DNA of 64,000 nucleotides, taken from assembly GCF_963921235.1 (NCBI RefSeq), contig NC_086097.1, positions 129,272,001 to 129,336,000 of the forward strand, in the 5' to 3' direction. The first letter of the stretch is position 1, and the number at the start of each line of letters is the position of its first letter. The DNA is from Mobula hypostoma (Eukaryota). The notes beneath the pieces were generated by a model. It had not been told where the DNA came from and ran no database searches. It saw only the letters and a list, made by a program, of their open reading frames with translations. Made by a program: the position numbers and the translations under genes. Positions 48,998 through 61,654 of this stretch are shown in pieces.

Positions 48998-50057
48998 TAG
49001 CATGGATAAAACAGTGGCAGATTGGCAGAAGTCAAAGAGTGGGAGTAAAGGGAGCCTTTTCTGGCTGGCTGCCAGTGACCAGTGGTGCTCCACAGGGGTC
49101 TGTATTGGGACCGATCCCTTTTATGTTATATGTCAATGATTTGGATGATGGAATTGATGGCTCTGTTGCAAAGTTTGCAGGCAATATGAAGATAGGTGGA
49201 GAGACAGCTATTTTTGAGGAAATAGAGAGGCTACGGAAGGACTTAGATAGATTGACAGAAAGGGCAAAGAAATAGATAGAGTACAGTGTTGGGAAGTGCA
49301 TGTCATGCACTTTTCATCGAAGAAATGAAAGGATTGATTAATTTCTAAATGAAGAGAAAATACCAAAAAAAACTCAGGTGTAAAGGGACTTGGGATTCCT
49401 TGTGCAGGATTCCCTAAAAGTTCATTTGCAGGTTGAGTCTGTAGTGAGGATGGCAAATGTATTGTTAGCATTCATTTCAAGAGGACTAGAATATAAAAGC
49501 AAGGATGTAACATTGAGACTTTATAAAGCACTGGCAAGGCCTCACTTGGAGCAGTTTTGTGCCCCTTAGAAAGGATTTGCTGAAACTAGAAAGGGTTCAA
49601 AGGAGGTTGACGAAAATGATTCAAAGATTAAATGGCTTGTCATAGGAAGAGTGTTTGATGGTTCAGGGCCTGTATTCACTAGAATTCTGAAGAACGAGGG
49701 GTGACCTCATTGAAGCCCATCAAATGGTGAAAGGCCTTTATAGAGTGGACATGGAGAGGATGCTCCCTATGGTGGGAGAGTCTAAGACCAGAAGTCACAG
49801 CCTCAGATAGAGGAGTGTCCTTTTAGAACGGAGACGAGCAGGAATTTTTTTAGCCATAGAGTGGTGAATCTGTGGAATTCTTTGCCACAAGCCGCTGTGG
49901 AGGCCAAGTCTTTATGTATATTTAAGGCAGGGGTTGATATATTCTTGACTGGTCAGGGCATGAAGGGATACGGAGAAAAGGCAGGAGACTGGGGAGCAGA
50001 CTCAATGGGCTAAATGGCCTAATTCTGCTCCTATATCTTATGGTCTTGCGGTCTTAT
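48998..50057 (+). mobile_element. CR1 LINE 3' third (RT C-terminus plus 3' UTR)
   Basis: FSGWLPVTSGAPQGSVLGPIPFMLYVNDLDDGIDGSVAKFAG; same subfamily as 19348-20410; TCTTATGGTCTT tail. Confidence 0.92.
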
Positions 50058-50350
50058 GAATTTCTTCTGCACTCTCTCCAGTGAAGCCACATCTTTCCAA
50101 CAGAAGTCCAAGCACACAATACTCTAATTGTGGTCTAACCAGTGTTTTGTACAGTTGCAATATAATGACCCAGCTTTTATATACTATGCCCTGATCTGTG
50201 AAGGCAAGCATGCTATATATCTTCATCACCACCCTATCTACTGTGTTGCACTTTCTGGGAACTATAGACTTGACTGCATCAACTCTCTTTAATGCACTAA
50301 CATTTATTGCACTGTATATGTCCTTAATGCCATGTCAGCTTAGATTCTCT
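50058..50350 (-). mobile_element. CR1 fragment (continuation of 48350-48990)
   Basis: LQLYKTLVRPQLEYCV. Confidence 0.75.
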
Positions 50351-51519
50351 GGAGCACAACATTTGACATTAAGAGATAAGTGATAAAAAGAATATTGATT
50401 ACTACTGCAGCTTAATTGAAAATATGTTTAGTGATGGCCTATAGTCATTTGTGGAAATGGCTTAATTTTATATATAATAACCAGGCAAATCATAATTTTC
50501 TCACATTTTTATACCTGATGCAAGTGCTGCTAATGATCTGCAAAATATGGCCTTTGTTTACATTGACTGATAAATTGGATGAGTTCCAATATACAAAAGA
50601 AAAACCAGCATTTTTCTTATTTAGTATCTCAGTGATCATGTGTCCTGCTGATGCATGTAGACTGATCTATGCTTCAGTTTTATTCAGCCTTTTGATTTGA
50701 TGATACATCATGAAAGAGTTCCTACTTGTAGGGCTCCGAATGGTCTTTAAATAAACTTCGGCTTGGATTGCATACGATTGAAGGGAGATGGTTGTTATTA
50801 AACTGGCTTTTTATCTGCAGCCACACCCTGGCTGATTGATTTTTGCAGCAATGCCCGTTGCAGAATTTTATTCTTGAATTTACATTGCACAACTGGCATT
50901 CAGTGTCACTTCTCTGGATTCGCACATATTTTAACTACTATATTGCTCTCCCAGGTAACACGCCGTTTAACTACTAATCCCCTCTGTCTGGGAAACTTCC
51001 CTAGCCTACATGTGGAAAGAACCGGCAGCTACTTTTCATTGCTTCACAGAGGAGGGATGCAAGAGACTGCAGATGTTGGAGTTTGGAGCAACACAAAAAG
51101 TGCCAGAGGAACTCAGGTTCAGATAATGGGTCATGACTCAACACGTCAATTGTCCATTTCCGTCCACAGATGCCGTCTGACCCCTTGAGTTCCTCCAGTG
51201 CCTTTTGTGTTGTTCTTTGCTTTACAACAGTGAATACACTTCAGAAATAGTTCAAAGTTGCAAAGTATTTTGGGAGATATTAGGACCAAGAAAGAAACTA
51301 CAGAAATGCAAACCATTTCCTCTTTGTTATAACCAGCTGGACTGAGCCGGATGATGGAGAGGGGCAGAAAGAATGGCTAGGAAGCCCTTCATACGACATA
51401 CGGTTGCTTACTAATGTTGTGGAGAAGAGGTTGATCTATGGGTGAATTTGTTTCTCTTTAAAAAAAAAGAAAGGGTACTATATTAGTAAAGTGTCGGCTC
51501 ATTCTTAGTGTCTAAAGAG

Positions 51520-51900
51520 ATCACACTGCTATTTAAGAGAGTTGAGAGGGACAGAGGGGAATCCAGGGAATTATAGACCAGTTATCTTAACATCTGTTGT
51601 CGGAAAACTACTTGAGTCTATAATTAAGGGTGAAATGAATGAACACCTTAAAGATTTTCAGCTGATGAGAGAGAGCCAGCCTGGATTTGCAAAGGGCAGG
51701 TCACACCTGACAAAACTCTTCAAGAGTTTTCTTCAAAATTTCTTTGAAATTTTTTCAAGAGGTGACTAAAGTACTGGATAGGGGAATGTACATGAATGTT
51801 ATTTATAGGGACTTCCAGAAGGCATTTGATAAAGTCCCTGATAAAGGAATGTTAGATCAGGCAACTGGTAGAACTAAAGGCAGATTTTAAGTCTGGTGAA
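51520..51900 (+). mobile_element. CR1 RT fragment
   Basis: PGNYRPVILTSVVGKLLESIIK...SQPGFAKGRSHLT; DFQKAFDKVP. Confidence 0.85.
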
Positions 51901-52104
51901 GGAGTTGGCTGATCAGCCGGAGACAATGTAGGGATAATGGGAAGTCATCACCATAGGGATAATGAGGAAGCGACAGAGATGAACAGCGTGTTGCATTGAT
52001 TTATTTACAGACAACTTATCCAATGGGATACAAATAGGAATAGACAAGGTAGAAATATTGGAAGCATTTCTGTTGGCTGAGGGGTTTGCAATCAGTTTAA
52101 ACTT

Positions 52105-53050
52105 AGAGCAACACACATAAAATTCTGGGGGAACTCTATAGGCTAAGCAACATCGATGTTTCAGGCTGAGACCCCGCTTCAGGACTGGAAAGAAAGGGAG
52201 CAGTCGCCAGAATAAAAAGGTGGAGGAACGGGAAGGGGGACATCTAGAAGGTGATAGGTGAAGCCAGGTGAGTAGGAAAGGTAAAGGGCTGGAGAGGAAG
52301 GAATCTGCTAGGAAAGGAGAGTGGACCACAGGAGAAACGGAAGAAGGAGAGAATCCAGGGGGAAGTGATAGGCAGGTGAGAAGAGGAAAAAATCCAGAGT
52401 GGGGAATCGAAGAAGGGGAGAGGGGGAAGGAAATTTTTTTTACCAGAAAAAGAAATCGATATTCATACCATCAAGTTAGGGGCTCCTCAGATGGAATATA
52501 AGGTATTCCTCCTCCACCCTGTGTGTGGCTTCATCATGGCACAAGAGGAGGCCATGAACTGACATGTCGGTACAAGAATAAAAATCAGAAATAAAATGTT
52601 TGGACATGGGGAAGTTCTGCTTTTGGCGGATGGAGTGGAAGTGCTCAACAACGCAGTCCCCCAATTTACGAAGGGTCTCACCAATGTCGAGGAGATGCGT
52701 TGGGAGCACTGGGCACAATAGACGACCCCAGCAGATTCACAGGTGAAATGTGAATTCAGCTGGAAGGAATTTTTGGGGGCCCTGAATGAAGAGGAGGTGA
52801 ATGGACAGGGGTAGCAATTTGGACACTTGCAGGGATAAGTGCTGGGAGGGAGATTAGTGAGGAGGGACAAATAGACAAGGGATTATGAAGGAGAGATCCC
52901 TGTAGGAAGTGGAGAGAGGGTTGGAGGTAAAGATATGCTTGGTGGTAGGGGCCCTTTGGATATAGCAGAAGTTGCTGAGAACAATGTGTTGGCTGTGGAG
53001 GCTCATGGGGTCGTAGGTAACTATAAGAGCTTCGATCCTGGTGCTGGTGA
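52105..53050 (-). mobile_element. Penelope fragment (GIY-YIG region plus 3' repeat), decayed
   Basis: HFTCESAGVVYCAQCS / IGETLRKLGDCVVEHFHSI / EEEYLIFHL; decayed hammerhead motif near 52152-52188. Confidence 0.88.
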
Positions 53051-53858
53051 AGTAAAAAGCACTTCTATTCCATGTTGTAGAAGCATAGTTGTCCATTCTG
53101 CACATAGCAATTTCTGGATCAAATCGCAATCTTAAAGCTGAGGCTGTAAAGATCTTTGTTATCCACAGGAAGTAGGCACTGCGAGAAAAGAGCTGGTTTA
53201 AGGAGTTAGGTCAAAGATCATCCACAATATTATTGAATGGAGGAAAAGCCTTGAGGGGCTAGCCAGTTTATTCCTTTTCCTATACTCCATTGCAATATAG
53301 GGCAGCAAACAGCGGTTGGCAGGGTTAAAAAGAATGTGCGTCAGTTTTGTTAAATGCATTAAGATGACAGACCCACCGTGACTATTGAACCCAAAACTTT
53401 GTCAATAATTGTGCACTATCATCTAAAAATCTTGTTAGTCTTTTCTCTATAATGCCAAAGAAATCTTTTCACGGACATTTTACAAAATAAGGGATAGTGA
53501 TTGTTAATCTTTGGGTAATATCCCTGTAAGAATTACATCTTTTATTTTGTTCTTTTCCGAATGTCATTTTGATGTTGAATTAAAGATGGTTCCAGGGTTG
53601 TAAGATGTAGGGTTGCATCAGCACAAAGTGGCAAACTAGGTTTGAACCCTCTGTAAATTGTTTTACAATTATCCGGTGAGCTTCAATAGACACTGGCCAT
53701 TCTTACAATCCAAAGATACATAAAGGAAGGTCTTCAAATGTAGCTGCCTGAGCATGTTATTTGGACATAGTGTTTGCCTGAGGGCTGGTTAAAGGCCAGG
53801 ACATTTACAAAAGCGGACCCTCATCTACATAACAAATGTTCACAGTCAGGCGCACGCA

Positions 53859-53859
<1 letters not shown>

Positions 53860-53905
<46 letters not shown>

Positions 53906-54295
53906 ACATCCTCACACTTATTCAATTGGTGATACACTAACATAAGCACACTCACATTCTCACCAATGTAAACCACTCACACACTACAAAAAATGCACGA
54001 ACTTTAAAACAGTATACATGCTCACACTCACACTCACTCACACTTATTCACTCATTCATGCTCATACGACGATTATCATGGTCTTGCACTCATACCTCCA
54101 TACCCATGAACAAACACATATGCTCACTCAGACTCACACACAGTTGCAAGTACTCACACTAATGCATACTCAATAATCTCACAAATTTACATGTACATGC
54201 ACACGCACACACACACACACACACAACACACATACAACTTAGCATATACACACCAATGTCTCACGCATGTATACATTCTCACATTCACACACCCT
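53860..54295. repeat. (CA)n microsatellite with degenerate CA-rich flank
   Basis: Pure (CA)n at about 53860-53900 and 54205-54224. Confidence 0.95.
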
Positions 54296-54582
54296 GAGCC
54301 ATTAAAAGTCTCTATTTTAAAAAACGTAGAAGTGCCAATGCGTAATAGCAACTGCTAGCTCAACTGAAAGTTAATTTAGAATAACCTATTTGTTAATTGC
54401 ATTGAACCCTATTCGGCTTGTTTAATGCACTCAGAGCCCACAGGTACATTGTGCTAAATTTGTCGTAAGACTGGGAGGTAATTAATGGAGTAAGGCACCG
54501 GTAGCTTTGAGACAGAGATTAAAATGCAAGTTCTGAGATGCTGTGCACACTCCCAGGAGTTAACCACAATGGTTTATTTTCA

Positions 54583-54584
<2 letters not shown>

Positions 54585-54616
<32 letters not shown>

Positions 54617-54635
54617 TTCCCTACTCCCCCTCTCT

Positions 54636-54674
<39 letters not shown>

Positions 54675-54735
54675 CCTCCCTCTGTCTGTCTGTCTATCTG
54701 TCTCTCTCTCTACTTCTCTTTCTCTCTCTCTGTCT
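54585..54735. repeat. (CT)n microsatellite
   Basis: Long interrupted CT tract. Confidence 0.95.
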
Positions 54736-56089
54736 CCTTCTATCCCCTGTTAAGCAACTGGCTGTTGCTCTAATCGGCTGCCAAACTTGGGATATCCCAA
54801 TCAACCCTCTGGCATCTGTCGTTGATCAGTAGAGAAAAGTTTCCAAGCAGCGGCATGAAAATATCCTTCCACCTGCTGGCAAACTGCAAACGCTTCTGGC
54901 TCCCTGTGGGCTGCGGATCTGTCGGGGAGTTATGGTAGGTGACCCCCTAAGGCTCTCTGCTGGGCTCCTTCCAAAAAAAAATGTTGCTTAACGAAAAGGT
55001 GCACATAGCGCTCATTGAGATGTGCTCTCAACAGCAACCTGCCCAGGCCACTGTCAGAGCTGTTCCCTTGCAGACACACACAGCAAGGCAGCCCAGGCTT
55101 ACCCTCTGCCATTGGTTTCCCAAGAACCGTGGGAGGATCTAAACCTGACGACCTTCGGGCTTTTATAACAGCAAAGAAGCATTTTGAGAATTAGCCAATT
55201 GTTTTCCAGACAGCCTCAGCCTGGCTCCTAATTGACAGTAACTGGGGCGTGTGATATCCCAAGCATTTTCTAGTACATTTAAACATACATTTTTCTAATC
55301 TATTTGCTTCTATGTACAGAACTGAACAGCAAAGGAAAGCAAGTGGAAAGTCTGTCAGCTGTAATTGTTTATTGAGCCCGCAGGCTTGCATGCCCAAAAA
55401 TATGATAAAAGTGGAATTTATTGTTTATTCAGGGCAGAAGGAGATGACAGTTAGATGTATTTTTGTTCAGTTTTCAAAGTACAATAATTGCAATCCCCTC
55501 AAACATTTGGAGTAAAATTTTTACCTGATTGAAAATAATCTGCAAAGTTATGGACAATGGGACTGATGGACTGCCTTGTTGGGAGCTGGAAGCCGATTGC
55601 CCTGCTGAGAGTAGATGGGCTGAATGGCCTATTCCTGGCAATGTCTGTGATTGATGAAATGTATCCAGTCACAGATAAAGTCAGAATTGCTTAGTATTAG
55701 TTCTGTGCATATTCCTTACGGAAAAAAAAGTTAAGATCAAATCAATAGCACGTGATAGTTAGGAAGTGGCTAACTATCAAATGCTTGCTACATTATGGTG
55801 ATGAGAGTAATTCTAGTCTGGTTCAGGTTAAAGGAAAATAGTTGTAACTGTTGGACACTAGCCTGCACATTATAATAAAGTTCAAAGCTTCCTTTTCTAC
55901 TTGGTGTCCACTGTGACTCAAATGTGTCGTCCTTTTGCCATTGGATCAGGAGTTTATGGGAACTTCCTGCTGTAGTAATTGAAGTTTCAGGGTGGCATTG
56001 AGGTGGTGCTGGAGAGATGCCGTTTTCTGGATGTGACGTTAAAGGAAGAATTTCCACCTTTTTCCTCCGAGGTTGGGTGGGACTACAAC

Positions 56090-56350
56090 ATGGGCTAAGG
56101 GGGAAAGGTGAAAAGTTTAAGGGGAACATGAGGATAAAATTCTTCACTCAGAGGGTGTGGAATGAGCTGCCTGCACAAGTGGTACATGCCAGCTTTATTT
56201 CAACATTTAAAAGAAGTTTAGATGTGAGAGGTGTGGAGGGTATGGCCTCATGCATGTCGATGGGAATAGGCAGTTTAAATGGCTCAGCATGACTAGAAGG
56301 GCCAAAGGGATTGTTTCTATGCTGTGCTTTTCTATGGCTCTATGACTCTA
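56090..56350 (+). mobile_element. CR1 3' end
   Basis: HGLRGKGEKFKGNMRIKFFTQRVWNELP; CTATGGCTCTATGACTCTA tail. Confidence 0.85.
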
Positions 56351-57793
56351 CAATCTGCTCTCTCAAATTGACATAAAAGGTGATGTTATTTCATTATGTG
56401 GAAGAAGAGCTGAGGGGTACCCCCCCACCCGAAGTGTTTCTCATAGCCATGGGCATACGACAGAATAGGTTGAAGTTATCATGCAGCTGTTGTACAAGTT
56501 GTCCACCATACTTTGTACATTACAATGTTGACTGTAATTCAAATGCACAGTGCTTTACATTATGTCTATTTGCAATGGTACTAATTTAAAATTTTTCGTT
56601 AAATTATCCACTACATTTGTATTAAAAAATACACATTTTCTGGGTGGGGCAAATGAGAAACAAGCATAACTCAGATTTAAAGTTGATGGCCCAACAGCAT
56701 TGTTTCTCGTTGCCTGAATATTGGTTTGAAGTTGCCAGGCCTGGTTTCTCCTGCAGTGTTAGTGTCCTCTAGTGTGCAATGAATGGTGTGTGTTTTCAAC
56801 AGGGATTTGGAGAATTGCAGTGAAAAGTGTTGTAGGGGTAAATTTTCTAATCATGCTGATATCTCTGAGCTTCAATTCACTCAAAGCTTACTTTGTATTT
56901 TTCAGTAGCGAATTTTAAAAGCAGTACAAAATCATCTACCTTAAACCAGTCAACAAGGTGTTAAAAGCAGACATTAGTGGAAAGGGGAGAGAAACTATGC
57001 TCAGTTGAAAATTTTGGGAAAGTTAACATTTAAGGGAAATGGAGGGACAACTGTTCTGATCTTGGAAATCCATGCCAAAGGTCAAGTGACTTTTGATACA
57101 ATCAGGCTTCTGTCTACGGGAGAATTATGAGGAGCTCTGTGCAAAAGGGAATACTGCTCTCAGTCCTGTGACATTAGGCAACTGGATTGTGGGAGTACTG
57201 GTGTGAGTTGGTTCTGAACTGACTGCTTGGCCTTTGTCGCACATTGTTCCCCACAGAGCAGCGATCCTCCAAGAAGACAATTAGTTACAAGCTACACCTA
57301 ACTGTGCTGGTTACCTCCATTGTGTGTGCCCTCCTGACTACTAGGACAGGGAGCAAAAGATGGCACAATTCATCATCTTGGGGCAATCCTTATTAAACCA
57401 GTTGCCTGGGATTGTCATCAGTTTTGGTTCTTGATATTAGAGTGGGTACATCCAATCAGACTTTATTTGCCAATGCTAATATCGGTATTTTGCCAAGGCT
57501 TCTACCATTCTCTCTATTTCCTATTCATCTCAATGCTATGCTGTTGTTTCATGCATAATTTTTTGTAGTGTATTTGGGTTCCTCTTGTACCATATGGTAG
57601 GGTATTACATAGCTCAGTTTGACTAGGGACATCAGGAAAGCTTATCTATTTATAGTGGCAGCTGACTCTCAAATGAACATGAAGCACGGTGCATTCAACG
57701 TTGCAATAGTTCGTCTCATGTCATAATTCCTTAAGCTAGGAGTGAAGGCACCAAACTTAAAGTAACAATTTCACATAACGGCTAATATATTTT

Positions 57794-58335
57794 AGAATCA
57801 GAATCGGAATCAGGTTTAATATTACTGGCATCTGTCGCGAAACTTGTTATCTTTGCGGCAGCAGTACAATGAAATACGTAATAAATAAATATAGAGAAAA
57901 AATGAGTTACATTAAGTATATATGTGTCTATTAAATAGTTAAGTTAAAATATGTAGTGCAATGAAAACCAGAAATAATAAAGTAGAGAGGCAGTGCTAAT
58001 GGGTCCAATGTCCATTTAGAAATCAGATGGCAGAGCGGAAGAAGCTGTTCCTGAATTGCTGAGTGAGTGCCTTCAGGCTTCTGTACCTCCTTCCTGATTG
58101 TCACAGTGTGAAGAGGGAATGTCCTGGGTGGTGGGGATCCTTAACGATGGACACGGCCTTCTTAAGGCACCCTCCCTTGGATACTCCAAAGGCTAGTACC
58201 CATGATGAGGCTGACTAATTTTACAAGTTCCTGCAACTTACTTGGATCTTGTGCAGTAGATCTCCTCCCCCCCCCCCCCACCCCATAGCAGACAATGATG
58301 TAGCCAGTCAGAATGCTTTCTACAGTACATTTGTC
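57794..58335 (-). mobile_element. Rex1/Babar-type 3' fragment
   Basis: Reverse-complement homology to 24400-24908; (ATTCTG)n tail. Confidence 0.8.
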
Positions 58336-58825
58336 GCCGCTTTCAGGTGATGCACAAACTAAAATGAATATAACATAGAATTAGTGACAATTGTCGCTAT
58401 TGACTTTCTTTCATTAATATGAGTCTGAGAAAGCATTCAAGGCTATGAACCCAATATTGTCTGTTGTTTTACATTACATAATGCTCTCATGGTTTGCGTT
58501 GATGCCTCAGTTTCATTCCTCCCATTTCCTTTTCATTTGCTTTGTCAGCAACAACAACTTAGATTCATACATCACCTTTCAAGAAAGTGGCCTTGATTGT
58601 GGGAGGGATATCAGATTGAAGGCTCAACTCAAGATGAAATGGAGCCTAGTGCTTGGAGCCACCTTGCAAAAGTTCAGACAGCCAGAGGAGTGGAAAGCAG
58701 AGCACCAAAGAAAACCTAACACTTTCTAGCATCTAACTGGAGTGCTCTCATCCAGAAACAGATGCCAGACAAGTCGCAGGATAAGTCAGGGGCAGTGGAG
58801 AAGGCAAGCTAGATAACACAGAGAT

Positions 58826-58906
58826 CAGGCGTTCCCATCCTTTTTTATGCCATGGAGACCTAACCATTAACCGAGGAGTCCATGGACCCCAGGTTGGCAA
58901 CCCCTA
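58826..58906. mobile_element. Short hAT/Charlie-like MITE
   Basis: Termini CAGGCGTTCCCATCCT / AGGTTGGCAACCCCTA. Confidence 0.7.
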
Positions 58907-60119
58907 GGTGTTGTAGACCTGCATATTATTGGCATACATGTGGAATTATTTATTTGAATGGTGGCATTTTTCCCTTCCTTTCTCTTCTTGCCTTCCCCCG
59001 GAATGCATAGGGCTTTCTATCTCAGCCAACTCTTCCGAGGGCACATTCCGACTTACAACCAATCTCTTGGTGAAGGCATCTGCTTTTATAGTGATCATCT
59101 TCATTTTACAATGTCTATTTTCAGACCCACTCATTGCCAGGACACCTCCATTGCCCTCTCCAAAGTTAAACCATCTCTTTAATATGAAGCGTGCAATGAC
59201 CCAAGAGCTCAAGCCTGAGTATCCATCTCCCAGCTTCACGTAAAAGTAAGAACCATTTGTCTTCAAGAGGTGAAGATTCATTTGTTGGTTCCTGAGGCAA
59301 GCATCTTTCATTGACACAATCTTTGGTCTCTCATTGGCTTTAATTTCCTTCGTCAGTCTCATCAAGCTTTCTCCTTGGACACTTCGCATTATCACTGTAA
59401 ATCTCACGACGTGGGAATAGGATATGACGAACTTAAATATTTTTATTACAAGAACAAGAGCAATGCAAGTTCAGATGATAAAAATCTCAGAGGCAGTCTT
59501 TCAGCTGAGCATATCGATGTTCAGGTTCTTTTGATGTGCACTGCTGTTTTGTTTTGACTACACATGTACTAAGAGGCCAGTGGCTATGAGTCGGTGCCCT
59601 AACCCTGCTGAACCTGAGTCCCTCTGGCAGAGGCAGCTGGAGACCTGTTGAATTAGCCAAGTGCTTCATTATCTCACATTTCTGGATAGATTGCTCCAGG
59701 TAGAAAAATTCCTAAACAAAAGTAAATGCTTTTTTTCTGCACTGCCTTGAAGTTTGTTTTGGCCTCTCTGTTACAGTCACAGTATGGGAGGGCACTGCTC
59801 TTCATATATAGCCTGCAGTTGTGCACAATCTCCATTTACTTAAAACAGTTTGGCATCACATAGCTGTTGATAGCAGAGTGTGAGTTAAAATGTCCAACCC
59901 TTAGGCATTTTAGGCTTGCATTTTTGGAGGGTGTGGGATAAACACAAGAGCCAGTGATTTTGGCTCATAAGTGTACAGGCAGTAGCACAATCACAGCTCC
60001 AAGCAGGCGATTAGAAAATCATTCCATAAGGAGTCCTTAATGATAAAAGGCTTCTGTTCTGACCTCTCCCATACTACAACATTTCCAAAATAGTTCGCTG
60101 GCTATAAAAGTCTGCGTTC

Positions 60120-60435
60120 AAAGATTAAAGATCTCTTTTAAAGATTAGCTTTATTTGTCACATGTACATCAAAACATACAGTGAGCTTCGTCATTTTGCG
60201 TGAAATCAAATCAGCAAGGATTGTGCTAGGCAGCCAGCAAGTGTTGCCACGCTTGTGCAAAAACTCACTAACCCTAATCATGCACCTTTGGCACGTGAGA
60301 AGAAATTGGAGAACTCAGAGGGAACCTGTGCAGTCACGGGGAGAATGTACAAGCTCCTTACCGAGGGCGGCAGGAACTAAACCCTGATCCATGAACACTG
60401 TAAGGCAGTTCACTAACCACTACATACAGTGTCAC
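60120..60435 (-). mobile_element. V-SINE variant with Rex1-like tail
   Basis: CAGTCACGGGGAGAATGTACAAGCTCCTTAC is the reverse complement of a V domain; TTTATTTGTCACATG 3' motif. Confidence 0.65.
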
Positions 60436-61007
60436 CCTGCAATGGCACTGAAGAGATGCAAATCCTTCTTCTAATGGATTTTGCATTTTAATCTATTTAT
60501 CAACATTTAGATGGTAAGACTTTGAGTCTTCCCCTTTCAATCATGGATCCATTTTGGAGTTTTAGTGTTTAGGTGGTGCTATTTGAGAGGTTGACGGTCC
60601 TACTCAAAAGTTGATACTCGATACCCTATTCATCTGGTTGGAGAGGTTTTATTGAGGATGGATCTCCCGGTCTTGAAGCAATGACATTTGGGATGGACCA
60701 ATCAGAAGGATGGATGGAAAGGCTTGCTCTCTGGCTCTAATCCTGGCCTGTACCACACTCCTGACCCCACAGCATCTTAAGCATTTCATGCCTACAGAGC
60801 TCCCAACTAACCTCTGCTGCAGCTCTTTCACAGGCTACAGCAGGCTTGTAGACACCTCAACATGCATCTGCACCTGCTCAAACACCAACAACTCAGAATT
60901 TATCAATGATTCAAATGAAAACTCTCACCATGGTAAGATTTCAGGCAATATTTAAACCCCAAATCCATTTTTAATCCTCATGCTCTTTGAAAGACAGACT
61001 TAAGTTT

Positions 61008-61650
61008 CCATAAGACCATAAGACACAGGAGCAGAATTAGACCATCTGGTCCATCAAGTCCGTTTTGCCATTCAATCATGGCTGATTTTTACTTCAACAC
61101 CACTCTCCCACCTTCTCCCCCATAACCAATAACCTCCTTACCAATCAGGAGCCTATCAATCTCTGCCCGAAATTCATTCAATGATGTACCATAGATTCAC
61201 CACCTTCTAGAACATAGCATAGTACAGGCCCTTCAGCCCACAATGTTGTGCCAACTCTTTAACCTACTCCAAAATTAATCTAACCCTTCCTTCCTATATG
61301 ATTCTCTATATTTCTTTCATCCGTGTGCCTATGCAAGAGTCTTTTAATGTATCTTCCTCTATCACCTTCCCTGGCAGTGTATTCCACACACCCACCGCTC
61401 TCTGTGTGAGAAAAAAACCTTCCTCAGACACCTAGCTGAAGAAATTCCTACTTACCTCAGTTTTACGGGGATCTTCCTCCATTCTGATCCTGTACCCTTT
61501 GATCCTAGAGTCTCCTACTAATAGAAATATCCTCTCCATGTCCAGGTTATTGAGGCCTTTCAGTACCCAATGGATTTCAATGAAATCCCTCCTCATCCTA
61601 CCGAACTCCATCAAGTAGAAGCCCAGAGTATAGAACTGAGGGTCGGATTT
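61008..61650 (-). mobile_element. CR1 3' fragment with a nested second CR1 3' end (~61209-61430)
   Basis: LGFYLMEFGRMRRDFIEIH...SRNFFS; two different CR1 tails. Confidence 0.8.
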
Positions 61651-61654
61651 CAAC

